A DNA stretch of 64,000 nucleotides from Eledone cirrhosa (GCA_964016885.1 OZ024742.1:40300001-40364000); one strand, 5' to 3'. Positions 37,481-52,177 are shown, counted from the stretch's first letter. Numbers and translations are program-made. Notes: generated from the letters alone by a model not told the origin.

Positions 37481-39399
37481 AATTTTGAGGGAATTTAGTA
37501 ATACAACAAATTTTCTGATTATTAAACTGGTGTTTAGAGCATAACTTAGCAAAGATTCTTACATAAAATTATGATGGAAGATTTCTAGATAAATATAAAT
37601 GTTTTAAAACAAGCAATTTTAAATCACAGAAGTAAGTGGTTTGGTATCAAAAGGCTTAAACCCATTGACCTTTTCTTAGCCTGCATATGTTATGGGCACC
37701 ATCTTTCATGCTATGAAGAAATTAAAAAAAAAAAAATCATCTATTGAAATAAAAAAAAAGAAACACCTGCAAAATTCTGGCAAAATATTAGAATTTTCTG
37801 TTATGATTTTATTACTTTAATCATGGGATATTTTTTTTTTAATTTGGAAAATATTTTGTTTGGTAAAATATCTACAAGGTATGCAAAAGCACGAAATTTG
37901 AAAGTATTCTTTGCTTTTTAGCAAAACTACCAAAAACATGATTTCAGCTATAAAATAGTTGAATGAATCAGGGATTTAACTCCTTTAGATGGAAAAGAGT
38001 GGACAGAATTTCCCATGGTTAAGCACACTTTTTTTCCATCTCAAAGGGATAGGTCCCCAATGTATTCATCTATTTATAGAATAATGTGTTGTGGCAGCTT
38101 TGACTTTATTTATTTCTTTACTACTTATTCTCAATTTTCTTTATTTTAATTTAATCAATTTTTGTTTACTAAAGTGTTATTTTTTAATAGATATTTTTAA
38201 ATGTAATTAGATTAAACAAGGCCTGTATCTGTTTTAAGATTTCCTATGAAAGGAAGTAAACATTTGTCATCTTCTCATGAGGAAGGTATTCTTTGACTTC
38301 ATAATGAAGGTCATTGCTTCAGAAGCCACTAATTAGAAGATGAAAGGAAGGAAATTAGACATCCATTAAATACCATATGTAGAATAATCCATCAAAATCA
38401 AGTGTATCAGATAAAATAAATGTATTCCTAACAGAAAATAGTTTCTGTAAGAGGAACACTGATAAAATTGACTCCCGTGAAGAATATCACTCCACAAGTA
38501 CCTAGGCACAATAGTCTAATCCAAACTAATCCAATCCCTTCTCATTCATGTTGACCTTCACCACGTTTGGCCAATTGCAGTTGGTGATGCTACTTAACCC
38601 ATAGTTGGGGTGGATAGCCGTTGACTCTGAAGTGTTCATCCACCCTTTTAACAGCTCTAGCTTTTTGTGCTGCTGGGGTTCTACTTACCCTCCTCACCAG
38701 ATCAGGGTCTAGTGGGGGAGCCAGTTTAGTCTCTGACCATTCGACTATGGAACAGCTCTCCAAATACATTTAACATTTGTAAAAGAACTTGGAGGCAAAT
38801 TTGCAGAGCTGTTAGAACACCAGACAGAATGCTTCTTAGTACTCCTTCCAGCTCTCTATGCTCTGATTTCTAATCCTGCCAAAGTCTTTTCATCCTTTTG
38901 AGGTTGATAAATAAAGTAGCAATCCAGTACTAAAGTTAATTCTTCTACCTTCCATTCTCACTTCCTTTTTCTTTCTCCTTCTCACTCTCTACTGAATTAA
39001 GAGCTCTTTATCTATCTTGTGTTTGGAACACAGCTCTAAAAACCTTCTGTTGGAAGAATTTTTTATAAATATAAGCACTTTAAAATAAGTAAGTTGGTAT
39101 CATAGAACCAGATGCAGTTTGGTCTCAAACGGATAATATATTTTAAAAGAAAAGTAAATATCAATTTTTCTTCACTTCTCTTTTAACTAGCTTTACAAGC
39201 AGTCATGATATAATAGTATAAGTTGTTTCTATGTTGTGTTCTACATTCTTAATTATTTTTACTTCCTAGAACTGATATTATGAGTCTATTATAAATACAG
39301 TCTATATAATCATTTGTGTTAATGAAGGAGTATTAATTTTATTCAACAGATGCCATGTCATCATTTCTACATAGATTTTCAAGATATGAGCACACCATT

Positions 39400-39860
39400 T
39401 TTGTTGGAAGTATGTAGGATCAGGAAGTACTTCAGCTCATGACAACTGCTAATTCTATACAAAGTTTGAGACCCATAATGGAATACTGTTACCACATCTG
39501 GGATAGGGCTACTGCTACACTTACAGATATCCTAAACCATATCTAAATAAGGAGTAGCCCAAGTGATTGGCACAAATCACTCACCAACACACTCCAGTCT
39601 CTGGTTCACAGATGTGCTCTCTCATCACTATTCTTCCTACAGCTAGTAAAATGGCCTCTGCTTCTCAGATCTGGTTAAATTTGTACCACCTTCACATAAA
39701 TCCACACATCTCATTCATCTCTCTTCTTTTCATTACTATATTGTATCCAACCCTACCAACCAGATCTGCACTTACTACTTCTTTCTCCAGCATATCAGCC
39801 AGTTCCTCTAGAATTCTCTTCTCACCATGTTTATTCTGCTGCAATTGACATGCAGTTGTT
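39400..39860 (+). mobile_element. Decayed CR1/Jockey-group LINE RT 3' end
   Basis: QLLILYK, RPIMEYCYHIW and TLQSLVHR remnants. Confidence 0.6.
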
Positions 39861-42088
39861 CAGGAGGAACATCAAAGATGCTAACCCTTTTTATAACACC
39901 TCACCTGAAATGGCTCCTGGTTCTAGGATACTTCATTTTCTTCCACTTATTCCTGAGAGGGTCATGGGGGCAGAGTCTTCAAATGCTCCTTCCAGCAGGT
40001 CTTGTCAGATGCAACCGCCTCCAGCTGGTCTGGCTGGATCCCCAAGCGTGACCAGTCAAGCTCATGGATGTTTATCCAACCATCTTGCTCAGGCTCTACT
40101 CCTAGGTCTCTTGCTGGTTGGTTTTGCTTGTAGGATAAATAAACAAATAAATCATCATCATCATCATTTAGCGTCCTTTTCCCACATGTTCCTGGGTTAG
40201 ATGGGTTGTCACATTATGGTCCAGGGACCACATCTTACTCATATGGATCTGTACTTTGGCTTGGTTTCTATGGCTGAATGTCCTTCGTGACACCAATCAC
40301 GTTACTATGTGAACTGGGTGCTTTTTATTGTGGCACTGAAACGATCATTTAACAGGGTGAACTAGGTGCTTTTTTTTATGTTACCAACATGACCACCTTA
40401 CAATCTGGACTAGGCGTTTTTTGTCATGTCAGCAGCATGACCACCTTACAGTGTGGACTGGGCAGTTTTTGTCATGTCACCATTAAGATCTCTTTACAGG
40501 ATGGACTAGGCACTTTTGTTATTAATATAAACAATAATGATAAAAACAACAACAATGATAATGCTGAACTCTTTTGTCTCCTTAATCTTCTTTCAGCAGT
40601 CTGTTGATGACAACAGGGCCCAACCTGCTGAGCAATGGGACCTCTGTTGGGTGAGGGACCTTCGCTTGAGTTACATGACATATGGAACCTCTATCTACAA
40701 AATCTTGAAATGCTGGAATAATTATTTCTACTTTTGGCACAAGGCCAGCAATTATCCCAGTGCATTACTGGTACTTTATTTTATCGACCCCGTAAGGATG
40801 AAAGGCAAAGTGTACCCTGGCGGGATTTGAACTCAGACCATAAAGGGCCGCAACTCTTTGCTGCAAAGCATGGCATCCGACCTTCTACCGATACTGCCAA
40901 TCCACCTGGAATAATGAACTGAAGACAGTCACCAGTGGTAATTGGTTCTCTTTTCATAGTGACAAAGAACTTTGATAACTACCACGGATTGAACCACTTC
41001 AGAAGACAAGCCTACAGAGAAAAGCTCAAATATTAAGAAAGGTGCTAGACTACCAGCAGTAGCAAAATGACAAGGAAAGATATGAAAAGACTGGTGTTAC
41101 CCTGGATTATTGGTTGTAACCTGGTAATTCCTAAAATAACCAGCCAAAGGCAACATCAAAGTTGGTTGGGAGGAACAGTGAAATAATAATAAAAACCCAA
41201 GCCTTATTGAATGTACATTACAAATCATTAAATCAAACCCAGCTTGAAGAAATTTTAACAAGCAAAAATCAATATTTGTGTCAACATCATATCAGGAAGA
41301 ATAGTAAATATTAAACACTGCATTATTGGAAATTAGTTGCTGATTGTATGATTAAAAAGGAATTATTAAAAAAAATAAAACTCACATATACCTGATAATC
41401 ATGCCAAAAGCATAGATTATTAAATTTAGGTTAGAAATAAACACGTTCAATTTTTTTTTATTTTATATTCAAAATTCAAAAGTTGATTTGATTTCAACAA
41501 AATTGAATATTTCTTTTTAAGAATCAATTAATTTGCAGGTGTTCCTTTCTTTTTTTATTTCATATTGCAAGTATCTGTAAGCATATGTATATATGTGGTA
41601 AATATTCACAAATATGAATATGTGTTTATATGTGAATATATATGTGTGTGTGTATATATATCATATATATATGATGATGATGATGATGATGATATATATA
41701 TATATACATGCATACATATATATATATATATACACACACACATTATATATATATATATAATGTGTGTGTGTGTGTGTATATATAAGTGTATGTGTGTGTA
41801 TGTGTGTATACATGTATATATTATTTACACACATATGCACATAAACTCATATATCCTTGTTTATACAAACAAGCTAACTTAAACAGTTAAATATGTAAGA
41901 ACAGTATAAGAACTGAGATTTTTATTCCTCCCCTCTCCCTCTCTTTCTGTCCCACTCCCATCTCACTTTCTTTCTGTCCCCCTCTTTCTTTTTCTCTGTC
42001 TTCCTCAGTGTCTTTTGTCCCCCTCATTCTCTCTTTCACTCATTCTCTATCTTGCTTTTGTATCTTATTTGACTGGTATAACTATCTA

Positions 42089-42604
42089 TATCATCATCAT
42101 CATCATCAGGTTTAGCGTCCGTGTTCCACGCTTGCATGGGTTTGGACGGGGGTTTTCCCACTTGAGGCAAGAGTGGTTGTCTTGCTCGCATAGGACTGTC
42201 TGGCGGGTTTTCTACAGTTGGATGCCCTTCCTAACACCAACCACATTTACAGTGTGGGGCTGGGAGGTTTTTACCGTGTTGCCTACACGGCCACATTACA
42301 GCGTGGACTGTCTGGCGGGTTTTCTACAGCTGGATGCCCTTCCTAACACCAACCACATTTACAGTGTGGGGCTGGGAGGTTTTTACCGTGTTGCCTACAC
42401 GGCCACATTTACAGCGTGGACTGTGTGTTTTTTTGTCGTGACACCTACACGATCTCATTTGTTTCGGCCTGGATGTTGTGGGACCAACATAACTTTACAT
42501 TGAAAGGGGCGGTGTGGGTGGGGTGGAGGTGGTGGGACGGGGGTGTGTTTTGATAGAGGTGCCTACTGACTGTAGTAGGTTTTTACTTTGTATTTAGGTA
42601 AGGC
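42089..42604 (-). mobile_element. RTE family 2, 3' UTR copy with an internal tandem duplication of about 110 bp
   Basis: Matches 15127-15476; the segment ggactgtctggcggg...acagcgt occurs twice. Confidence 0.85.
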
Positions 42605-44340
42605 TTATATATTTTATGATCACCATTTTACATCTGCTTTTCCATGTTGGTATGGGTTGGATTGATTATCACAGACGAAGTCAGCACATAATCAGAGCTA
42701 CTGTCCTCTTAGTAAAGCCAGGAGAGATGCTGCGCTGAATAGAACCTTCCACCATTGCAAGCAGGGAAAAGTGGACGTAAAATGATGATGATGATGATAG
42801 ATGATATATATACACACACACATCTGACAGATGTAGGGAGTTCATGTGGTGAGGTGGTGGAGATAAGAAGTGAGAAAGTATGACATAGATATAAAGACAT
42901 GTGTTTGACAGGATTATGAGAGGTGGAGGGTGATCTTGGGTAGAGTGGGGCAGGGTATTGTGATGGCAAAAGAAGTTTCTATAGAGCAATAGTAATGGCG
43001 GAGGTGGTCAGGTCACAAGTCCTTTTCAGTTCATTTGTAATTTCCATCAGAAACAACAATTCTAATGAGATTACCTAGCAAGAGCTGTACCATATACAGG
43101 TAACAGGATATGCATCCTCTGTAAGGAAGAAGCCATTCAAATTCTCTTTACTCAAAGCACCCTTCTAAATAAATTTAAAAAATCAAAGAAAGTCACTGCA
43201 TGTATACATAAAATATAGAATGTATACCTAAATTACAGTTGGACCCAAATCGGTAGAGGCAAGATCTTACTGCCACAGCAGTTTGGTGTATAATTACTAT
43301 ATAAACCTAGAAACTTCACACATACACCACCTCATATCATACACCTAGAGACCCACCATTGTGGACTTATACATACACTACTACCCATCAAAATTGGATA
43401 ACCTAGTCTATATTGCTCTTGTGGAACTGCACCTCTGATTCCTTGCTATTCCACACTTCTACTACTGCAACAATATCATAATAAATAATTTAGACTTAAG
43501 CACCAAATGGGGCCCAGTAGCCATAAAAGTTGTAACATTCATATAAGCCTATGTTTATAATATTAACAAGCATATCTGTGATGTTAAGGAGTTTACTTTG
43601 CAGCTACATTACTCTGGGTTTAGCCTCACTGCATAGCACCTTGGGCAAGTGTCTTCTGCTATAGCCTCAGATTGATCAATGGCCTTGTGAGAGAAGTTTG
43701 TGAACTGAAAACTGCAGAAATCTAGTGTAAATATACAAGTATATATATATATTCAATGTTTAAATTATCCATGTCTCTGTATGTCCCATAACTCAGCAGT
43801 TCAACAGAAAGCGATTGATAAAATAAGTACCAGACTTGAATAAATTAGTAATGAGGGTTAATGTGATTGACAAAAAAAATCTTTTCAAAATGATGCCCAG
43901 CATGGCCACAGTCCAATGACTGAAACAGTAAAAGATACAAAAATACTGACCATGTGCCACCAACCTATTTAATTACCCAACAATTGTATATAAGTCTACT
44001 ATTTTTAGAAAATAATATTTTTTTCAACTCCAATCATTTAAAGAATATTTCTGTATATTAATTTGTAAATTTATTTACACTGTAAATGTGGTTGGTGTTA
44101 GGAAGGGCATCCAGCTGTAAAATACGCAGCCAAATTTATAGTCCCCACAGAGCAAGGTGCGACATGGTCAACCATGGCCAGACTTGCTTCCCGTCATGGA
44201 CGACCCATCTAACCCATGCAAGCATGGAAGAATTGATGCTAAACGGAAGTGATGATGATGATGATTTTGTATATATTTCGTAAATGTATTGCCACAAAAA
44301 TGGGTGGAGAACTAGGTGCATGCCAATGGAGATTGGCAAC

Positions 44341-44568
44341 AGTATGTTATTTGAAAGCTACGACAATGCAAAATGAATTTAGATTTCAGAATAAATTGAA
44401 GACAACAAATATGTCAGTATGTCACCTGTTATTTTAGTTATCTGTCAGATTTTATTTACCTGTCAGGTAAATAAAATAGCAGGTAACACACAAACATCCT
44501 TGTTGTTTTCAATTTATTCTGAAATCTACCATCCATTTTGCATTGTAGTAGCCTTCAAATAAGATACT
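44341..44568. repeat. Old, diverged fold-back element
   Basis: agatttcagaataaattgaagacaacaa pairs with ttgttgttttcaatttattctgaaatct; central palindrome attttatttacctg t caggtaaataaaat. Confidence 0.8.
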
Positions 44569-45350
44569 ACTTTATACACTAACACAATGATCCAAGCAAA
44601 CTACAACACACTCTTATATATATATATATGTATATATGTATGTATGTGTGTATATATATATGTGTGTGTGTGTCTTTGTATATATATATGTGTATGTATA
44701 TATGTTATATATATTTATGTGTTATAAAAGCTACATGTATTCTGGAAATTGTTTAGGATATTCCATTAATGAAATTGTACTTTCAAATTTCTGCTAAAAT
44801 TGTTGACTGTATGATGAATGTATATATTCTCAAAAGTGTAATAAAAATGAAAAAAAAGCCCCCCCCCCAAAAAAAAATATATACAATAGTGATTTCTACT
44901 CTCATCATCAATTTTGTTGCAAGATTACAATTTTTCAAAAGATTGAATGCAGGCTGTAAGTGATTTTCTTGACGAAAAACTACATAGAAATAAATGTGCA
45001 AACACAAACAACTTGCATAGTAACACAAAAATGCTATATATGAGATAAATAACTGTGGTATTATATTTCATATAAAGGTGTGAGTACTGTGTTCTGAAAT
45101 AGAAATAATGTCATTCTGTCATCAAATACTGCACAAGGAAATATAATTCACTTCATCATCATTCCCACCAATAACGCTGCCACCCACTCCACCACCAACA
45201 ACATCATCATTATCATCACTTCTACTTTTCCTTCATAAATCTCTATATCATTATATATCATATTATACATAGCTTTTACGAAGATATCTGAAATGAACTT
45301 CCGCCTACTATATCTACTCATAATTATGAAAGCACTCTGGCTGTAAGGTT

Positions 45351-45588
45351 AATGCTTTTCATACCAACCCACATAAACCAGCACCTGGTTTCATGATGTA
45401 AAACTGTATATTTTTACCTAGAATCTTCCATCATAATTATGTAAGAATCTTTAAGTTATATTTCAAACATCAGATAATTAATGAGAAAATTAGTAAAAAT
45501 GATAAATCCCATCAAATTCTTGGTTATTTTAAAAATTAGTTGAAAACCATAAGCTGTGTCTTTGATTAGAAATATGATAATGAAAGGG
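45351..45588 (-). mobile_element. piggyBac-like MITE (TTAA) of a dispersed family; related remnants near 1630-1712, 37480-37660, 50170-50330, 50735-51128 and 57160-57415
   Basis: ttaa...aatgaaaggg|ttaa. The duplicated flank at 46215-46342 lacks the insertion. Confidence 0.6.
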
Positions 45589-47069
45589 TTAATACATTAG
45601 AATAATTGACCATAGGATCATGAGTTCATTCCTTACTAAAGCATCATTCATTCAATCTTTTATCCATCATAATTTTATGTCCAACTTCCATACAAGTATG
45701 GGTTGGATGGCTTGCCACATTCTTAGACTAGACAGGTCAGATGACCACATTTGGTCATACATTCCATTTTTATATGATTTCAATGGCTGGATCATCATCA
45801 TCATCATTGATTAACATCCATCTTCCACGCTAGCATGGGTTAGATGGGTTTAACTCATTTAGAGGCAAATTGGGTTGGGTGACTGTGTCTCGCTCATATA
45901 TGAGTGTTTCTGGCTGGTTTTCTATGGCTGGATGCCCTTCCTAACACCAACCACATTGACAGTGGGTGCTTTTTGCTATGTATTTTACACATCCACTTTA
46001 CAGTGTGGCTGGATGCCCTTCTTAACACCAACCACTTTACAGCCTAGACTGGGTGTATTTTATCATGGTACTTTACAGAGTGGGTTGTGTTTTATTTTAT
46101 AGTGGCAATAGGATCACCACTTTACAGAGTTGGCTGAGTGCATCTTATGACACCGGCACTACCACTTTACAGAGTGCACTGGGTGCATTTTATCATGGCA
46201 CCAGCATATTATAAATAGCTTTTACAAAGATGTTTGAATTGAATTTCCTCATATAACTACTCTATATAATTATGAAAGCACTCTAGTTGTGAGGTTAATA
46301 CCATTAGGATATTTAACTGTAGGATCATGAGTTCATTCCTTACCATAGACAGATAAATAATCCACTTTATAACAATTGACTGAATACCAGACATAAATTG
46401 ACTATTTCCTATTTGTACGAGTTAACCTTGAGACAATATACTATGTCTTATGAAAGACATGAACGTCACTTGATTTCCTTTTATCTTCATTATAAATTTA
46501 TAACCTGATACCTAAGAAAGGTAATTACTTTTACAACTCAAGTCATTGGACTTAATTACTCAGCGACTCCATCTATATGAAAAACAATAGTTAAGTTAGT
46601 CTGGTCCATATTATGAATAAGGCTGATTAAGCTGAAGCCTTGGGGCCCTACAGAGATTAGGAACTCATCAGTTTTCTATTTTGCTGTGGTGGGCAATGTT
46701 GGATTTAGGACAAATGAAGTCCTGTGCTAGTTAACTTATGAGGCTCCTTACTTGGGCCCTGAAGGAGGTAATTCATCATAAATTTATTTTTGTTAGGAAG
46801 ATACCCCCCCCCCCCCCCCCCTGTTTAAGCACACTTAAACACAATGGTAAATCTGGCACTGGCTGAAAGGTTTGGGTATGATAGGGTGGGGGAAGTGAAA
46901 TATCTGTAAGCATAGGGGCCTTGTCATCGTTTAATGTGGCATAGGTGTTAGTATTAACATAGTTAATGTAGTGAGCTTAAAAAAATTTAATGAGAAATAC
47001 TTATGCATTGAAATAAAAAACATTTATTTAATGTCTAATATCATTTTAATTACTCTGGCAAGTGTTTAA

Positions 47070-47252
47070 AATAATTGTTTCTACTTTTGGTATAAGGCCA
47101 GCAATTATCCCAGTGCATTACTGGTACTTTATTTTATCGACCCCGTAAGGATGAAAGGCAAAGCTATCCTCGGTGGGATTTGAACCCAGAACGTGAAGGG
47201 CCATAACTCTATGCCGCAAAGCATGGTGTCTGACGCTCTACCGATACTGCCA
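47070..47252 (-). mobile_element. tRNA-derived SINE of the same family; other copies near 2840-2990, 24595-24790, 24893-25032, 29170-29355, 40718-40905, 49120-49221, 51510-51665, 53300-53450, 57508-57635, 59460-59590 and 60405-60608
   Basis: Reverse complement of the 49345 unit with the A and B boxes retained. Confidence 0.85.
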
Positions 47253-48139
47253 AATAATATTAGTTATTAAGCTAATTTTATATTTTCCCCACTCTATAAT
47301 TATTTATAATTAGAATTTTTGGGGTTTACAACATTAAGTATGTACACACCACCTTCGCTGTTCTTACTATATGTTTTACTTCCTTGTTTAAGACATTTCC
47401 TGTTGATTACACTGCTAATCACCTTGGAAAAGACATGAACCTCATATATCATCTATGTAATTCCTGCTCACATTAAATTTACTTTCCATTTCTCTGAAAC
47501 CACTAAAAAGTTATCAGCTGTGTACTTCAGTTGATCCAAATAATTACATCTCTCTTTAGCAAATGTGTGGTTCATTATTCTACACAATGTTTCACAAAAC
47601 TCATACAATTAGTAGAGTCTTCTCCATTGTATATTACTTAATCTGTACTGTTTTATACCATATGTATCCCAGCCTTTAGAATAAATACACTGTGTCTCTG
47701 CATGCTATTTGGAAGGGCATCTAGCCATAAAATATTTCCTCTAATTGTCATGTCCAGCCAGAGGTGGTCAAGTCATACACGTATTCGGACAATGTCTAGA
47801 GGGTCACTAGGCAAAACTGAAACTATGGCTTCAGTTTTTCATGAAAATTGAATGCACCATAGCTGAGTAGTAAAAATACACCTCTAGTTATAAGTAGTCA
47901 GTTAGACAGAGTCCTTAGCTGAGAAGTTAAAATACACCTCTGGTTTTCTGTATTGCCTGGGTGCTTGGGCCAGTATAAAGACCCGGTCCATTTCTGTGTC
48001 CATCTCAGACAGGCATGGAAAAGGAGACTTTAAAATGATGATGACAATGATTCTAGTTATTTTGTCACTAATACTCTGGTATTTATAGAGTGGAGATCAC
48101 GATTTCACATTCCTTTTCGCCAGTCAAGTACAACTTTAA

Positions 48140-48359
48140 CCCTTTAGTGTTCAAACTGGCCCAAACCGGACAGAATTCTCTACCTCTTTCTGTTGAAACT
48201 GGCTGTAACTGGTCACTCAAACTGATGTTAAGGTTTTGTTCTCAAAATAAATACTTTCAAAATCTCATAGATTCGATATTATGTGAGATAATTATGTGAG
48301 GTAAAGCCTTTACCATGAAAATATAATAGTATATATAAAATAATGTGAATGCTAAAGGG
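48140..48359. mobile_element. piggyBac-like MITE with TTAA target duplication
   Basis: ttaa|ccctttag ... ctaaaggg|ttaa; an empty homologous site exists at 50698. Confidence 0.8.
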
Positions 48360-49344
48360 TTAACCTTTTGTTAGGTGACATGACAAAAAGTGCCCCGGCC
48401 ACACTGTAAATGTGGTTGATGTAAGGAAGGGCAGCCAGTCAACCAAGCCCAAACTAGTCCTGTATGAGCAAGTAATGGTCATCAGACCTGCTTTGTCTCA
48501 CAATGAGGCAACTCGTCATTGGATATGAGATCTTCCTATACTGTCTGAATCTGTAAGTAACTAGCATGTTGCCCTATTTATGGGTATTTTCAGCATGACA
48601 GTGACTATAAACATGTACACACACACAGGCATGCACACGTTGCTTTTTTATCTTATAACTATTGTTTACTTAGTTTTTATCTTTCTGTTATGAGTAAGAA
48701 TAATATTCAAATATTCTAAACTACCAAATCCTTGATTATGTAGAAAAAATATAGAATAACATTGATATGAAGAAAATAGAATTATAACGATAAGAACATT
48801 TTTATTTACATTTATTTGTAAATCTGTTTTATTTTTTGTTCTTTTTTTTTTTATTTTGTTCCAATGTTTTACTTAAAGAAGAAAAAGTGACAACATAAAA
48901 TTCTATTTTCTTCCATTTTTTTAGCAACCATTTTTTTTATGAGATCAACAAGATTAGTGACAAGTTAAAACTTTTCTATGTGGGAAGGTGCTGGAAATTT
49001 TTTTAATCCTTTCATTACTATCTTAACTATAATAAAGAAAGGAGTGCGGGACTGCATCCAGAATATATTTTTTTACTCTGTTTGTAATGTTTGTAAAATA
49101 AGTTGGATTACTTTGAATAAATAATTGTTTCTACTTTTGGCACAAGGCCAGCAATTACCCAGTGCATTACTGGTACTTTATTTTATCGACCCCGTAAGGA
49201 TGAAAGGCAAAGTTAACCTCGATATTACATAATTTATCTACTAAATTTCGTGGCTGTTGATTAAATATATTTTATAGCTTATTCAAAGATTCACTTCTTT
49301 AAAATTGTCAAATGTCAACACTTCCGGTTAGCGGCCATTATATT

Positions 49345-49869
49345 GTGGATTGGCAGTATCGGTAGAGGGTCGGACGCCATGCTTTCCAGCATAGTTACGT
49401 CCCTTTACGATTTGAGTTCAAATCCCGCCGAGGTTGACTTTGCCTTTCATCCTTACGGGGTTGATAAAATAAAGTACCAGTAATGCACTGGATAATTGCT
49501 GGCCTTGTGCCTAAAGTAGAAACAATTATATTATAACACTGTGGATTGGCAGTATTGGTAGAGGGTCAGATGCCATGCTTTGACGCATAGAGTTACGGCC
49601 CTTGCCATTCTGAGTTCAAATCCCGCCGAGGTTAACTTTGCCTTTCATCCTTACGGGGGTCGATAAAATAAAGTACCAGTAATACACTGGGTAATTTGCT
49701 GGCCTTGTGCCTAACGTAGAAACAATTATATTATAACACTTATAGTTCAAATCCTGCCAAGGTTAACTTTGCCTTTCATCCTTACGGGGTCGATAAAATA
49801 AAGTACCAGTAATGAACTGGGTAATTGCTGGCCTTGTGCCAAAAGTAGAAACAATTATATTATAACACT
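49345..49869 (+). mobile_element. Three head-to-tail tRNA-derived SINE copies; the third is 5'-truncated
   Basis: A-box tggcagtatcgg, B-box gagttcaaatcc, core gccgaggttgactttgcctttcatccttacggggtcgataaaataaagtaccag; each unit ends aacaattatattataacact. Confidence 0.88.
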
Positions 49870-52127
49870 TATAATTGCATATATTTCCGTCACTAATTTT
49901 CTCCTAATGCAGTTTATATATAATATTGTCTTTTTTTAAATGTATCATGGATTACGTTACTGATTACAGAAGACAGTGTAACATAGACTTCATTCAATTT
50001 CTGTGTATATTGTCAATTACTATTTTATTTATATGCATATATATTTGTGCATAATATCAATATACACACTACATATGCTAGCAGAAAACCACCCGAAGTG
50101 TGGTTTTTCTGATAGTATTTCTAATGAAAGAAACTACACATGCCTTTCAAATAATTTTGAATATAATCCAGAATTTGGAGGGATTTAGTAATTTAACTAA
50201 CTTTCTCAAACTTGGTGTTTGAAACATACATAAAATTATGATGGAATGTTTTTAGATATATAGATAAACACTTAAAAATAAACAGTTTTGTGTTGTAGAA
50301 CCAGGGACAGTTTATGTTGGTTTGGTGTCAAAAGCAGTATGGAAGAGATCTGATGAAAGCTAGTGATTAGAAGTATAGAATCCTTAAAACACAGAAGATG
50401 TTACCAGTCTGACAAAGTGGACATTAAAACGATGATGACGATGGTGGTGATGATAAATTAAAGACTATGTATAAAAGAAATGTTTAACATTTCAGGAAAA
50501 GCACTTCATCAGGCATAGAGCCATTAGTAACAGCTTTCTTAAATTCTAGCTATTAAAGTATACAAATTTCTATCACTGGCTGCTCTTCCTTACACCAACC
50601 ACATTAACAGTGTGCTGGGTACTTTTTGTCATGACACCTACATGACCACTTTACAGTGCGACCTGGGCACTTTTTGTCTTGCCACCTAACAAACGGTTTA
50701 AAGTTGTACTTGACTGGCGAAAAGGAATGAGACAACCTTTTTGGTACTAAACTACTTAAAACAATCCTTGGTTCTATGATAAACAACTGTTTATTTTCAT
50801 GGTTTTATATTAATCCAAAAACCTTCCACTATAATTTCATCTAAGAATCTTTTTTCAGTTGTGTACCAAACACCAGCTTAATAAAGAGAAAGTTAGTTAT
50901 TGTTGTTATTAAATCCATCAAAATGCTTGATTATTTTCAAAATTATTAGAAATATGGTAATGAAAAGGTTAGTGTTTATATTTATCTAAAAGACTATGTT
51001 AAGTTATATTCCAGCCATCAGCTGAATGAGAAAGTTAGTTATTGTTACCAAATCCCTCCAAATTCTTCATTATTTTCAAAATTATTGGCAGTGTCTTTTA
51101 TCAGAAATATGGTAATGAAAAGGTTAAAAAACATTCCAAAATAAGGTATATTATTCTAATTATATAAAAAGTATATACAAACAAAAACAACTAGAAAAAC
51201 TGATTCCTTCTCTAATCTCTAAACTCGTGTCAGGCTGCAAAATACCAGAGTAAATCTAAAAGATTTAAAACCATTTACTATTCATGTCATTTGCATTGGT
51301 TCCAGTATGATTTCTGAATATATCAAACAAAAGAAAAAGAAAGAGCCCTTAAATCCTAATGGAGTCATAGAGGCACATCATCCTCACACAGTGTGTCTTG
51401 AGAATTTTAAACCTGGCAGAGCCCATCTCTCACAAGGTCAGAACACAGCCAATTTCTTCCAGAGAAGGAAAATGAGAAAGAAGTGATAAAGAGAGATAGA
51501 GGAAGAACTGACCCCAGTACTAGATTTATACTATCTTTTTTTATTGACCTTGAAAGAATGAAAGGCAAAGTTGATATGAGCAGGATTTGAGCTTAGAACA
51601 CAGAGCCACAACAGATATCAAGTAATTTACTCTGATACCCAAACAACTCTGCCAATTTGCCACCTTGATATATCAGAGTGGGCTGGTAAATGAAACATAA
51701 TATACTCAATATGTCATACTGTTATGCACATGGAAATAAATAAATGAATACATATAAAAATAAAAAATAAAAATAAAAATAAAAAAAACAAGAACGCAAA
51801 CCCCTGAAACATCTACTGCAACCATTACATAGAAACACTAACCTTTCCAAAATCTCCTAAAAAACAACAAAACAGGCTTCAAATAAATAGTAACATCTAC
51901 CAAATGTACCATCTCTTTTCTTAACAGCAATATTAACTAGAGAACATCAAACACATCCAGCCAACCATCTCTTTCAACAACATGGATATACTATAAACAC
52001 AGAAAGTAAAAAATACTAGGAGTTATGTATAATATTAATAATATTCGCAGTCACAACCGAGCAGAGTAGGCATAGCAAAGAAACAGAAACAGCACTTAAC
52101 ACTACAAAAGCATGAACCAAATCTATC

Positions 52128-52177
<50 letters not shown>

